Source of the DNA: a virus
Taxonomy: Duplodnaviria > Caudoviricetes
DNA length: 64,000 nucleotides
Virus record (IMG/VR): IMGVR_UViG_3300028048_000045
Span: 32,001 to 96,000 of that record
Strand: one strand, 5' to 3'
Shown here: one piece after another, positions 8,882 through 18,600 of the stretch
Layout of the letters: each line of letters starts with the position of its first letter
How positions within the stretch are numbered: the first letter of the stretch is position 1
The notes under the pieces: model-generated
The model's database searches: none
The model's input: the letters and a program-made list of their open reading frames with translations, nothing else
What the model was told of the DNA's origin: nothing
Program-made: the position numbers and the translations under genes

Positions 8882-10948
8882 ATGGAAACATTGATTAGAA
8901 CACCAGATATGCCTGGTGTACATCAGATGGAAAATTCTGTTGCTTCTGAAGTTCATCCTTCAGACACATCAATTCCAAATGTTATTAGTTCATTCAAAGA
9001 CGGTGTCGATTATAATTATGATACTGGTACACTTCTTTATGTAAATCCTGAGATTTCTGCTAAAAAGCTTTATTTATCTTATAACGATTTCACAGATGCT
9101 GTTAATAGATGTATAGAAGCTGGAGCTGGAATTATTTGGGATGCTTATCAGAAATTTGTCAAACTCAAGTCTGCAAATCCTGATAAATATAAAGAAGCTA
9201 TTGAAGAAATGGTAAAGATTAATGAAAATTCATTATATTCGCCATTTGCAACATCATTGAACAATCTTACTGATAATAAGAAAGTTAAAGAAGAATTGGT
9301 TAATGAGTATAATAAAACTAATGGAATCGGAACTATTGATAATCCAGAAGATGAAGTATGTTTTAGAAAATTTATCATAAATATTCTTCATGATAATCAC
9401 AATAGTGATATTCCGGCTATTTTAAATAAAAATGAATATTTTGATGAAATAGCTAAGTTAAGATTTGGTCTTCAAAATATTAAATCTAATTTCAGATTTG
9501 ATGTTGAAAACTGTATAGAATATACAGCTCATAGATCAGATTGTTTTTATTCTACAAGTAATCTTAGTTCTATAGCTTTCAAAGTTAAGCCATTTATTGA
9601 AAGAATTTCGCTTACCGTCGGATCATCAATTTACGATTCTATTCCAGTCGTAAATTATAGAGTATGCTTAGACATGCATAAAATAATTAGCTGGTTGATG
9701 AATAATTGTAAACTTCCTGATGAGTTACCTGAATTCTTAGATTCTGGCGAAACTGTTAGAGACGAATATATTCGTTCTGTATTGGGTGAATATGTAAACT
9801 TCGGTGAAAAGATTGCTAGACGTATTGTTATGGAAATTTATGATATGTCTTACAATATTTCTGGAAACTGGAGACGTTTCTTACAAAAATTCATTGGTTC
9901 ATATAATAAACTTCTAGTATCAAACCCTGATACAATGAATCTCGTAACTAAAGTAAATTACTTTGCTAATTTCTCAGAATCTCATATTGATCCTAGAATG
10001 GCTAAAGAAACAGATTCAATGAATCATGAAACATTTGAAAATATTTTCAAATACATAAATAAAGATTACGATACATATGACGATCAATTTATCAATCAAA
10101 TGTTTACAGCTATATCAGATTATAGCGATTCTAATAAAGAAGAGTTTATTTTACATCAAGCGTCTATCTTATTTAGAAAAACATTTACAGTTTTCTTTGA
10201 AAACGCTATTTTGATAAATTTCTATAGAAAATATGATAGTACTGGACATTATTCTAAATCAATAGAAATGGGTTCATATACTCGTGAATTCTATAGACCA
10301 TATGATTTTGGCGATCTGTTAAGAAAGGCTTCATCTATTTCAGATTACAATATTCGTGATTTTATTCAGACAATTATTTCAGAATTTAAATCATGTAAAA
10401 ACAGTATTTATGATCCTGGAAAACTTGCAAATGGCGAATATATGTTCTTCATGTACAGCAAGTTATCAAGAAAACTTTGGATGGAATTATCTAATTTATT
10501 GATTCTTACATCTAAGTTAATTGGTATGATGGAACAGACTAAACCAGTAAGAGATTCAGATATTAAATTACATAATAAAGTAAGTAAAACTGTAGATGAT
10601 TTTGCAGAATTTGTTTACGGAACTCTTGTAAATATGATTTCTGAAGCTAGATATGTTCCTAATCAATTTACTGTTGGTTTCAGAGCTTGGAAATTTGATC
10701 TCCCACATTTGACAAAAATTCTTAAATATTGTTCAAATTATGCTAAACCTGTTGTATCTAGAGATTCACATAAAATTGATCAACTTGTTAGAGACGTATT
10801 AAAACAACCTGAAAATAAATCACCTAATAATATAGTTGATGATGGTTTCGTAGTTTCTTACAATGTCAGTGATCGTGATAAATATGATCTCAAACATAAC
10901 TTTGTTATGGGATTACAGCGTCGTGGTTTAGTTAGCTTAGATTTTTAA
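8882..10948 (+). CDS. hypothetical late protein (probable virion component)
   Basis: ORF track 8792..10948; ATG 8882 follows AAGGAG; late promoter 8731-8743. Confidence 0.65.
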   Translation: METLIRTPDMPGVHQMENSVASEVHPSDTSIPNVISSFKDGVDYNYDTGTLLYVNPEISAKKLYLSYNDFTDAVNRCIEAGAGIIWDAYQKFVKLKSANPDKYKEAIEEMVKINENSLYSPFATSLNNLTDNKKVKEELVNEYNKTNGIGTIDNPEDEVCFRKFIINILHDNHNSDIPAILNKNEYFDEIAKLRFGLQNIKSNFRFDVENCIEYTAHRSDCFYSTSNLSSIAFKVKPFIERISLTVGSSIYDSIPVVNYRVCLDMHKIISWLMNNCKLPDELPEFLDSGETVRDEYIRSVLGEYVNFGEKIARRIVMEIYDMSYNISGNWRRFLQKFIGSYNKLLVSNPDTMNLVTKVNYFANFSESHIDPRMAKETDSMNHETFENIFKYINKDYDTYDDQFINQMFTAISDYSDSNKEEFILHQASILFRKTFTVFFENAILINFYRKYDSTGHYSKSIEMGSYTREFYRPYDFGDLLRKASSISDYNIRDFIQTIISEFKSCKNSIYDPGKLANGEYMFFMYSKLSRKLWMELSNLLILTSKLIGMMEQTKPVRDSDIKLHNKVSKTVDDFAEFVYGTLVNMISEARYVPNQFTVGFRAWKFDLPHLTKILKYCSNYAKPVVSRDSHKIDQLVRDVLKQPENKSPNNIVDDGFVVSYNVSDRDKYDLKHNFVMGLQRRGLVSLDF

Positions 10949-11081
10949 AACGTATTCTTACTCTCTCAGTTTGAGAGTTAAACAATAATTACTTTTATAT
11001 ATTGTTTATTTGAATGATTGGCAGGATTTAAAAATCCTTTTCGATTATCCAAAGTGTAATCTTAATATAGGAGGTAAGGAT

Positions 11082-11255
11082 ATGTTGAAGAAGATCTTGG
11101 CTAAAATTCGCGAATGTTTTACAATCGAAATTGTTCCTTTAAGAAGAACTATTGAGACTATAACATTTACCGGATCTAGCTCGTCACAATCATCAATGGA
11201 TAATCTGAAAGTACGTAACTTCTCTTTCTCGAGTATTTACTCGAGTTGTCAGTAA
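11082..11255 (+). CDS. small hypothetical protein (57 aa)
   Basis: Strong AGGAGGT SD before ATG 11082; variant early promoter TATATTGT at 10998-11005. Confidence 0.55.
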   Translation: MLKKILAKIRECFTIEIVPLRRTIETITFTGSSSSQSSMDNLKVRNFSFSSIYSSCQ

Positions 11256-11283
11256 TTAGAGAACGTATTCGGAAACATAGACT

Positions 11284-11787
11284 ATGACATTAGATTTGTG
11301 GAACGAGAATAAAAATTTCAACGATGCTTACAATGAATGTGATAAGATTAATCGTATGATAAGAGATTTTGAAAATAGTGGACGTACAATGTCTGGTATG
11401 ATAATCAAAGATGGCGATTATCGAAGAAACGATTCTATTAATCCATTTGCAAATAGATTACCTAGTATAAATAAAACTGAAACTACTAATAAACAGAAAA
11501 AATCTGGAAAGTTACAAAAACTTAAAGGTGTTCTTGCAGTTGGTGGTGTTATAGGTTTAAGTTATGTCGGGTATAAATTTATCTTCAAACCTTTGAAAAA
11601 AGAGTATGATAATTTGATGGATAATATTATCGTTAAGTGTGAATCTGAAAAACCGTTAGATGGTAGAATACGTGTTATGACTCCTTTAGAAAGGAAAGCG
11701 TATGATCATAAATATGGAAAAGAAACACTTATATTAACCGGTACTGAATATGTTGTTCATGACGATAAAAATTCTACAAACGATTAA
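11284..11787 (+). CDS. hypothetical single-pass membrane protein
   Basis: Hydrophobic Gly-rich segment GVLAVGGVIGLSYVGYKFIF flanked by Lys. Confidence 0.6.
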   Translation: MTLDLWNENKNFNDAYNECDKINRMIRDFENSGRTMSGMIIKDGDYRRNDSINPFANRLPSINKTETTNKQKKSGKLQKLKGVLAVGGVIGLSYVGYKFIFKPLKKEYDNLMDNIIVKCESEKPLDGRIRVMTPLERKAYDHKYGKETLILTGTEYVVHDDKNSTND

Positions 11788-11851
11788 TTCAACTATTGGA
11801 ATTTAAGAGACCCCTTGTTAAGGGGTCTCTTTTTATATTCATGGAGGAAAG

Positions 11852-12085
11852 ATGGGAATTTCTAATTGCAGATTAATAACAACACATCAAGTAGTTAAAG
11901 AAGATACGGTTGAATATCAAAGTGATATACCTCCAGGAGGTTATCAAGACGAAGAAGAATCACATAAAATTGATTTTGAAATCAATAAAACTAAACCGTG
12001 TTATTTATGTTCACATGACAATAATAAAGATAATACTTGTATATATTGTGATATAGAACACAGATGTTGGTCTAAAAAGGCATAA
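11852..12085 (+). CDS. small Cys-rich (Zn-finger-like) protein
   Basis: CYLC...CIYC...C; GGAGG SD. Confidence 0.6.
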   Translation: MGISNCRLITTHQVVKEDTVEYQSDIPPGGYQDEEESHKIDFEINKTKPCYLCSHDNNKDNTCIYCDIEHRCWSKKA

Positions 12086-12141
12086 TTAAAAAGGAGAATT
12101 ATCTCCTTTTAAATTTTATATTTATAGGGGTTTAAATTTTT

Positions 12142-13044
12142 ATGGAAAATTCAACAATCGTATTGTTTATTAAATTCTTTGAAGGGTGTATAATTTCAAA
12201 AAGAATGAATAGAGCTAAAAAATGGTTATCATTTATTACAGTTTTATTATATGTGATATTCTGTGGAATTTTTACAAATGTTACTATAGGTTTAGATGGT
12301 AAAAATGTATCAAATTCGATTATAACATGTGTGACTATTTTATATTGTGCGTTGATAATAATGGTTATGTATTTTCGAGGATCTATAGTTAGTATTTTCT
12401 TATTTCAAAATGAATATTTCTTAATGAATGTTATTAAAGAATATTTGGGAAAAATATTCAGAGATATTTATCTAACAGATATTAAAGAGGAAAAAATATT
12501 AAATCATATAACAACGTTATCTTATTATATAGCTAATTTATATGATTTACAACGCATAAAGTCACAGAATAATTTCATTTTCTCTAATAAAAAATCTTTA
12601 TTAGCTTGTGAAGAATTTTTATATTTTCTTAATGTGAAATTAAAAGTTGATGCATTTACAGCTCATTATTCATTATCTGATTTGAATTCCAATCAAATCT
12701 CTTATATAATTTATGAAATATTTAAACTAGAATATGAGTCAAATAAAAATAAAATAGATGATAGAATGTTTGAATCTTTAAATAGATTTTTAAACAGTGA
12801 TATTGGTAAAGATTTTGTTAAAAATCATATTATATATAAATCTAATACTTTCGATGATTATCGTAGTGATGAATGGTCAGAATATAATAAACTAGATTTA
12901 CCAGTAATAAATCAAACACCGTTTTACCGAAGACATATTGATGATAAAAATAAACAATCTTACAATAAAAGAAAAAATTTGAAAACGAAAGTAGTATCTG
13001 AGAAAAATGAAAAATCTTATTTATCTTGGATGGATAAACTTTAA
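12142..13044 (+). CDS. hypothetical membrane protein (two N-terminal TM segments)
   Basis: Two hydrophobic stretches at about aa 29-49 and 59-87. Confidence 0.6.
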   Translation: MENSTIVLFIKFFEGCIISKRMNRAKKWLSFITVLLYVIFCGIFTNVTIGLDGKNVSNSIITCVTILYCALIIMVMYFRGSIVSIFLFQNEYFLMNVIKEYLGKIFRDIYLTDIKEEKILNHITTLSYYIANLYDLQRIKSQNNFIFSNKKSLLACEEFLYFLNVKLKVDAFTAHYSLSDLNSNQISYIIYEIFKLEYESNKNKIDDRMFESLNRFLNSDIGKDFVKNHIIYKSNTFDDYRSDEWSEYNKLDLPVINQTPFYRRHIDDKNKQSYNKRKNLKTKVVSEKNEKSYLSWMDKL

Positions 13045-13083
13045 TTAATGAAAAGAGGAAGTGTATCTTCCTCTTTTTTTTTA

Positions 13084-13091
13084 TATATTAT
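13084..13091 (+). promoter_or_regulatory. early-type phage promoter TATATTAT
   Basis: Between a terminator U-tract and a GGAGG SD. Confidence 0.7.
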
Positions 13092-13110
13092 ATTACTGGA
13101 GGTATAAGTT

Positions 13111-13467
13111 ATGTATCATAAACTTAAAATATTAATCACTAATAATTCTGGAAATAAATTTTTACCAATATTTAAATCGATGAAATATGATAATGTGCTC
13201 GTATTCGATTTTGATTTGGAGAAAAACGAAAATCTGGAACTGGTGAAAAAAATTAGAAACTTTATGGAATCCAATAAAGATTTAATATTTAATAAAACTT
13301 CATTTGTGGTAGATATTTTCTTAGACAACGATGTTAAAACATTAGTATTATTAAAATATCTAAATTTATACAAAGAAGATTTTGTTAATGCGGAAAATAA
13401 ACTTAACATGAAGCCATTGACATATGTTATGTTTCATCCAGTATTAAAAAAGTTTATGAATAAATGA
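13111..13467 (+). CDS. hypothetical early protein
   Basis: GGAGGT SD; TATATTAT at 13084-13091. Confidence 0.65.
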   Translation: MYHKLKILITNNSGNKFLPIFKSMKYDNVLVFDFDLEKNENLELVKKIRNFMESNKDLIFNKTSFVVDIFLDNDVKTLVLLKYLNLYKEDFVNAENKLNMKPLTYVMFHPVLKKFMNK

Positions 13468-13481
13468 TTGGGGGTAAGATA

Positions 13482-14120
13482 ATGGATTGGGCAAAAATTG
13501 TTGGTGATCTTAAAGCTAGAGCACTTTCAACAACTTATGAAGGTGAAAGAAAACTTTGTCTTAAAAAGATAGATGAAATTTTACTTAAATATAATGTTGA
13601 GCAAAACGCAAAAGCTTCTAAGAAAGAATTCATCACGAAAATACCTATTAAACGATTAAGAGAGATATTTTTGGAAACTTATTTACCATGGTATCTTGAA
13701 GAAAATATCGTAAAAAATGATGAAACTATTTACTTTGGTTTCACAACTTATTGTTTAGAATTAATTGCAAAAGAAAAGATAACAAATGTAAACGTTGGTT
13801 CATCAAAAAAATATCTTAAACATATGAGAGATATTGGTGAATGGGCATTGGATGAAAGAGAATTTATCAAATCTATGTCGAGAGTTTTACAATCTTTCTA
13901 TCAATGGCATTATTTTATTGAAATTGATATTCCATTTGCAATTTGGTGTTTACCAGATTACATTGTAATAGATAAATGCAATTGTAATAAAGCAAAAATT
14001 GTAGAATTTCTTAAGAATGAATTCGAAAATCGTAAAAGAGAATTTCTTAGAAATCTTAATAGTGGGTATTATGATCGTGACATTCGAGAATTGTTTGATC
14101 CTAAATTATTAACTGCTTAA
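13482..14120 (+). CDS. hypothetical protein with DUF2786-like N-terminal helix hairpin
   Basis: LKARALSTTYEGERKLCLKKIDEILLKYNV resembles the DUF2786 pattern; ATG 13482 follows GGGGGT. Confidence 0.5.
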   Translation: MDWAKIVGDLKARALSTTYEGERKLCLKKIDEILLKYNVEQNAKASKKEFITKIPIKRLREIFLETYLPWYLEENIVKNDETIYFGFTTYCLELIAKEKITNVNVGSSKKYLKHMRDIGEWALDEREFIKSMSRVLQSFYQWHYFIEIDIPFAIWCLPDYIVIDKCNCNKAKIVEFLKNEFENRKREFLRNLNSGYYDRDIRELFDPKLLTA

Positions 14121-14224
14121 AACTGAAAGAGAGGATATAAATCCTCTCTTTTTTTCTTTATATATTATAATAATGTAAAGAATTTGTATGAGTTCTTGAT
14201 ATTATAATTTTAAGGAGAAATACT

Positions 14225-14539
14225 ATGAGTATTTTGGAAACAATTTCAAATGAACGTGAAAAAACACGTAAAGCATATTTAGACGCTGTTACATCCGGTC
14301 AGATGAGTCCAGAACTTTGTGCTCAATTATTACAAAATTCAGATACAGAATTTTATAAAATTAGTGAAAAAATTTGTCATGAAGATATGGAAAAATATTA
14401 CAGTTTGGTAAATAGATGTTTGGATGTTTGTTCACGGCCTAAAACATTTATGGAATCACTAGGTTCAGTTGCCGATTCTTTTGTAAGAGGTGCAGAACTC
14501 TTACAACAGCAGCCCGATTCAACTCAGCCAACAAATTAA
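14225..14539 (+). CDS. hypothetical early protein
   Basis: AAGGAG SD; TATATTAT at 14161-14168. Confidence 0.65.
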   Translation: MSILETISNEREKTRKAYLDAVTSGQMSPELCAQLLQNSDTEFYKISEKICHEDMEKYYSLVNRCLDVCSRPKTFMESLGSVADSFVRGAELLQQQPDSTQPTN

Positions 14540-14594
14540 AGTTTGTTGAATAAAGAAAGAAGGAATAAATCCTTCTTTCTTTTTTTATTTTTTC

Positions 14595-14607
14595 ACATTT
14601 AAATATA
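14595..14607 (+). promoter_or_regulatory. late promoter overlapping the terminase ATG
   Basis: acatttaaatata; last A is the A of ATG. Confidence 0.7.
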
Positions 14608-16781
14608 TGATACATTCAGATACAACTAATAAAAGTTTTCTTAAAATGCATTATATTTTGAAGAATATGGGTATTTCTAATAATACTTTCTTTCTTCAAT
14701 TATATGATGAAACGTTACACGACATAGACCCTCTGGATGAAGATCATTTAACTCCTGAACAAAAATTAAGAGTTCATTTGGAGATCCAGAAAAATCCATG
14801 GTACTATTTCCGTGAAATTGTTAAAATCCCTATGACTGATAGTAAGCTCGATTTTGAATTAACTCGAGCTACTCTTGCTATACTTTGGTCTCTTATAAAC
14901 GATTTACATAGTTACGTAGTAATTCCTCGTCAGTGTTACAAATCTTATACTGTAGCTTGTTTTTATTCCTGGTTAATTTATTGGGGAGCTAAAAACTTTA
15001 CAGCTGCTTTTTTTGCACAGAACGATGGACTTGTAACACAGAATCTTACTCGTGTTAAAGATATTCGTGAATCACTTCCTAGCTATTTAAATCTAAAATC
15101 TAATGCAGATACCGATAATCAACATAGTATTGTTTACCGTGCTGGAGATTTCACTAACACTGTTATAACCCGTGCCCCTGGTATGAATGAAGATGCTGCC
15201 AATAACGTTGGTCGTGGTGCTTCTACAATGGGTCAGTGGTACGATGAGTTTGCATTTATTCCTTATATTTGGGTTCAATATGGTGCTGCTATTCCTGCTT
15301 ATTCAACAGTTGCTAAAGCTGCTGAAAGAAATGGTTCACATCATCATATCATTATTACTACAACAGCTGGTAATAAAAAATCTAAAACTGGTGCTTGGGC
15401 TCATGAATTCTTACAAAACTGTGCACCTTTTACAGAATTACTTTATGATAAGTGCGATTTTGATGAATTTGGTAATCCTATAAGAGTAAATACAGATGAA
15501 GTAAAAGATTATATTAAAAACAATAATACCGGACAGCAATTCTTAAGAATAGAATATCAATGGTATGAATTGTCTAAACCAATGAATTATCTTGATGAGA
15601 TGAAGGCTCTTATGCCTGGTCTCGATGAGTTTAATCGTGGTGTATTGAATATCTGGTCAGATTCTAATGCGGATCATCCATTAGGACAAGAACGTGTACA
15701 AGCTCTTGAAGAGATGGCTATCGATCCTATGAAAATCATCATGGTTGATAAAATTTATGTTACTAAATTTTATCGCGATCCTACTCTTTGTAGATCACAA
15801 TCACAACATATTGTATTTGGTATGGACTGTGGTGGAAATACAAGACGAGACTATTCAACACTTGTTGGTGTAGATGTTTGTAACTCTGAAGTAGTATTTA
15901 CTATGCGAGTTAACCAATATTCTATTAATCGTTTTGCAAGAGCTGTAGCATACATTTTACTTTATATGTTCCCTAAATCTATACTTGTTGGAGAACGTAA
16001 CTTCGTAGGTGTACCAGTTCTTGAAACTATTGCTGAATTAATTGGAACTACTCGAATTTATAAAGATAAAGATGAACAGTTAGGTGTTTCAATGGTTCAC
16101 CATTTACGTGAAATTATGTATGGTGATGTATTGCGTGTTTCAGTAATTGAGCAAGGCCATATGATTCATGATCATACTATTACTGATGAAATTGCAGGAT
16201 TAATTACCACTAAAGATGGACGTATTGACCATAAACAGTCTGGTGGACACGATGATACATTGATTGCTTATCTATATTGTAGATGGTTCATAATGTTCTG
16301 TAAAACAAAGGGTAGATATATTGATTCTGTATTCTTTAACTCAACTCTTACTAAAATAGATATGAGTAGTGAACAAGCTGCTTATGATTATGTAATGGGT
16401 AATAAAGGAGCTGCTATGACTCTTAATGAAAGTTATAAACAACGTGATAAATCTAATGATTTTATTAGACAACAATTGAAAGCTGCTATGGATGGAGCTT
16501 TATCAAATCAGAATAATGACGAAATGTTGATGAATGATAGAGAATCATTTATTGATGTTTATGATGATTCACCAAGAATTGATCGTAATGAAATCGATGT
16601 TGATACTATCGCTGAAGATCATATGGAAGATCATCATGAATATTCTGAAAATCTTGATAAAGATGACCCAGATAAAATCGCAGCTAAAACTGAAGAACAA
16701 CGCGACACATCAAACGATCCAGTTAATATGTTTACTTTTAATTTTAAAGTAGATAATAACTTTTTCAAATCCAAATTCTAA
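14607..16781 (+). CDS. terL: terminase large subunit (phiKZ-like)
   Basis: Typical N-terminus TTNKSFL...NNTFFLQLYD...NPWYYFREIVKIP; Walker A variant PRQCYKS; Walker B WYDEFAF; ITTTAG; nuclease motifs FGMDCGG and HDDTLIA. Confidence 0.9.
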   Translation: MIHSDTTNKSFLKMHYILKNMGISNNTFFLQLYDETLHDIDPLDEDHLTPEQKLRVHLEIQKNPWYYFREIVKIPMTDSKLDFELTRATLAILWSLINDLHSYVVIPRQCYKSYTVACFYSWLIYWGAKNFTAAFFAQNDGLVTQNLTRVKDIRESLPSYLNLKSNADTDNQHSIVYRAGDFTNTVITRAPGMNEDAANNVGRGASTMGQWYDEFAFIPYIWVQYGAAIPAYSTVAKAAERNGSHHHIIITTTAGNKKSKTGAWAHEFLQNCAPFTELLYDKCDFDEFGNPIRVNTDEVKDYIKNNNTGQQFLRIEYQWYELSKPMNYLDEMKALMPGLDEFNRGVLNIWSDSNADHPLGQERVQALEEMAIDPMKIIMVDKIYVTKFYRDPTLCRSQSQHIVFGMDCGGNTRRDYSTLVGVDVCNSEVVFTMRVNQYSINRFARAVAYILLYMFPKSILVGERNFVGVPVLETIAELIGTTRIYKDKDEQLGVSMVHHLREIMYGDVLRVSVIEQGHMIHDHTITDEIAGLITTKDGRIDHKQSGGHDDTLIAYLYCRWFIMFCKTKGRYIDSVFFNSTLTKIDMSSEQAAYDYVMGNKGAAMTLNESYKQRDKSNDFIRQQLKAAMDGALSNQNNDEMLMNDRESFIDVYDDSPRIDRNEIDVDTIAEDHMEDHHEYSENLDKDDPDKIAAKTEEQRDTSNDPVNMFTFNFKVDNNFFKSKF

Positions 16782-16791
16782 GGAGAAAAAA

Positions 16792-17550
16792 ATGGAAGAC
16801 ATGTATGAAGATGAAGAATATGAAGACGATTTCACAACTTTTGGTGAAGATCAAAGCTTAGATTTAAATGAAACACAATATCAAGGCATAATCGATGGTT
16901 TACGTCAACAGTGTGCTACTATAAATCCTGGTATTGATAACACAGATTATTTTCAAATGTTCGTAAAAGAATATTTAAGACTTCCAGATCACGAGGACCT
17001 GGAAGACTGTACAATTTATGTTGATGAAAGATTAACTGAAAAAGATAGGGAAAAAATACACGAATTTTGTGCAGAAGTCTCAAATATTTATTCAAATTCA
17101 TTTGGTATTAACTTACCTGAAGGAAACATTTATCAATTATATTGTATTTATAAAATATTCGTTTTGAATATTTGTGATTATTTTATTCAATATGTATTAG
17201 GTATTCAAAAAATCGATGAAGATTTTGTTGAAGATATTCCTAACTGGAATGAATTATCATTCAAATACTATATGGAAAAAATAAACCATACTCCTATAAA
17301 TGATAATACAAAACCACAAATAGTCACTGACTACTTGGGTTATGTATTGGAATATGGTTTAATAGCAGAATCTTATATTGACGTAGCTTTATTGGAATCT
17401 GAAGGTAACGTTGAATTGTCTACACTATATATTGAAAGTGCCAATTATCGTCTCACCTATGACAACTCCTTCTTTAATCTCAAATTGAAGAAGATCTTTT
17501 CTTCTGATATAGAAGACGTCATAATTTCCAAACTTATCAGTATCCTGTAA
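16792..17550 (+). CDS. hypothetical acidic protein, co-transcribed with terminase
   Basis: 252 aa; AAGGAG SD overlapping the terminase stop. Confidence 0.65.
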   Translation: MEDMYEDEEYEDDFTTFGEDQSLDLNETQYQGIIDGLRQQCATINPGIDNTDYFQMFVKEYLRLPDHEDLEDCTIYVDERLTEKDREKIHEFCAEVSNIYSNSFGINLPEGNIYQLYCIYKIFVLNICDYFIQYVLGIQKIDEDFVEDIPNWNELSFKYYMEKINHTPINDNTKPQIVTDYLGYVLEYGLIAESYIDVALLESEGNVELSTLYIESANYRLTYDNSFFNLKLKKIFSSDIEDVIISKLISIL

Positions 17551-18384
17551 AATCGAATCCATCGATTTATCTTTAGCAGCTAGTTCTAATGCTGCTAAAC
17601 GGATATCGTAAAAGCTTTCATTTATCTTACATTGTAGTTCATTGATGTGTTCTGCACGTTTTTGAACTACATAATTTTCAAGATTTGTTTCTGCTAGTTG
17701 CATTTGTTTTCTTACAGCTGCATCATATGATTTAACTGCTTTAACAAGGCTCGCGTTATGCGAGCTTTTATTTTTTATTAATTTTACAGTTCTTTCTCCA
17801 CCATTATAAGCATAAAAAGCGTAATCGTAACCATATTTAGTTACTAAATCCCAATAAAAATTCATACTCATAACCATATAAAAACAATATCTATTAGTAA
17901 TATGGGATTCATCCTTAGGATTATACCAATTTCTAAATTTTTCATTTTTAATGTTATTAGAATTTAATTGAGATGGACCGTAATCATATGAACCATCTTT
18001 ATTTTTATGCACAAATGCTGTGAATCTATTAGATTCATGCATCATTAGTGAGAAGAAATATGGACGCATTTCTTTTCTATCTTCTGTATAATATAAGAAA
18101 GCATCGCCATATTCAGCTGGAATATTATCTAAATAGAAATTTTCTTCCAACTTTTCATCGGATATAAGATAATGGGAAATTTTTTCATAATCAAATGTAA
18201 TATCCCATTCAATATCCTCTTTTTCAAGAACTTTTTCCTCTTCGATTTCAACTTGATTGATAGGCGCAACTCTACTATCAAAAACATTTGCTAACAGTAT
18301 TCTGAACATCGAAATACATAACACTGCTAATACTGCACATGTTACTATTAGCATTGAAATCACACTTTTATTATTGGTTTTCAT
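17425..18384 (-). CDS. membrane-anchored lytic transglycosylase (SLT-like)
   Basis: N-terminal hydrophobic anchor; catalytic HES, NKDGSYDYGPSQLN, AYNGG motifs. Confidence 0.75.
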   Translation of the reverse strand: MKTNNKSVISMLIVTCAVLAVLCISMFRILLANVFDSRVAPINQVEIEEEKVLEKEDIEWDITFDYEKISHYLISDEKLEENFYLDNIPAEYGDAFLYYTEDRKEMRPYFFSLMMHESNRFTAFVHKNKDGSYDYGPSQLNSNNIKNEKFRNWYNPKDESHITNRYCFYMVMSMNFYWDLVTKYGYDYAFYAYNGGERTVKLIKNKSSHNASLVKAVKSYDAAVRKQMQLAETNLENYVVQKRAEHINELQCKINESFYDIRLAALELAAKDKSMDSILQDTDKFGNYDVFYIRRKDLLQFEIKEGVVIGETIIGTFNI

Positions 18385-18439
18385 AATTTTTATACCCCCA
18401 TAATTATGAATTATACAAATTTGTTGTATTTACATTATA

Positions 18440-18447
18440 ATAATATA
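18440..18447 (-). promoter_or_regulatory. early-type promoter of the SLT gene
   Basis: TATATTAT on the minus strand, divergent from the sheath late promoter. Confidence 0.65.
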
Positions 18448-18488
18448 TACATAAATTAAAAATAAATGAACAATACTGGTAATTTTCA

Positions 18489-18501
18489 ACATTATAATAT
18501 A
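18489..18501 (+). promoter_or_regulatory. late promoter (sheath/tube)
   Basis: acattataatata. Confidence 0.75.
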
Positions 18502-18600
18502 TTTACAATGTAAACTACATTGATGCAATAATTGTGAGTTATAGCATTAAATGTTTTGTAATATTACAATTTTTTTATTTTATCCTCCGGAGGACATTGT

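Noticed and set aside
10949-11269. Direct repeat AACGTATTC flanking the 57-aa ORF
   Set aside because: Only 9 nt; compatible with chance and no other sign of an insertion
3796-16781. Introns or inteins in helicase, capsid or terminase (common in AR9-like phages)
   Set aside because: ORFs are continuous with normal motif spacing; no intein or homing-endonuclease motifs seen
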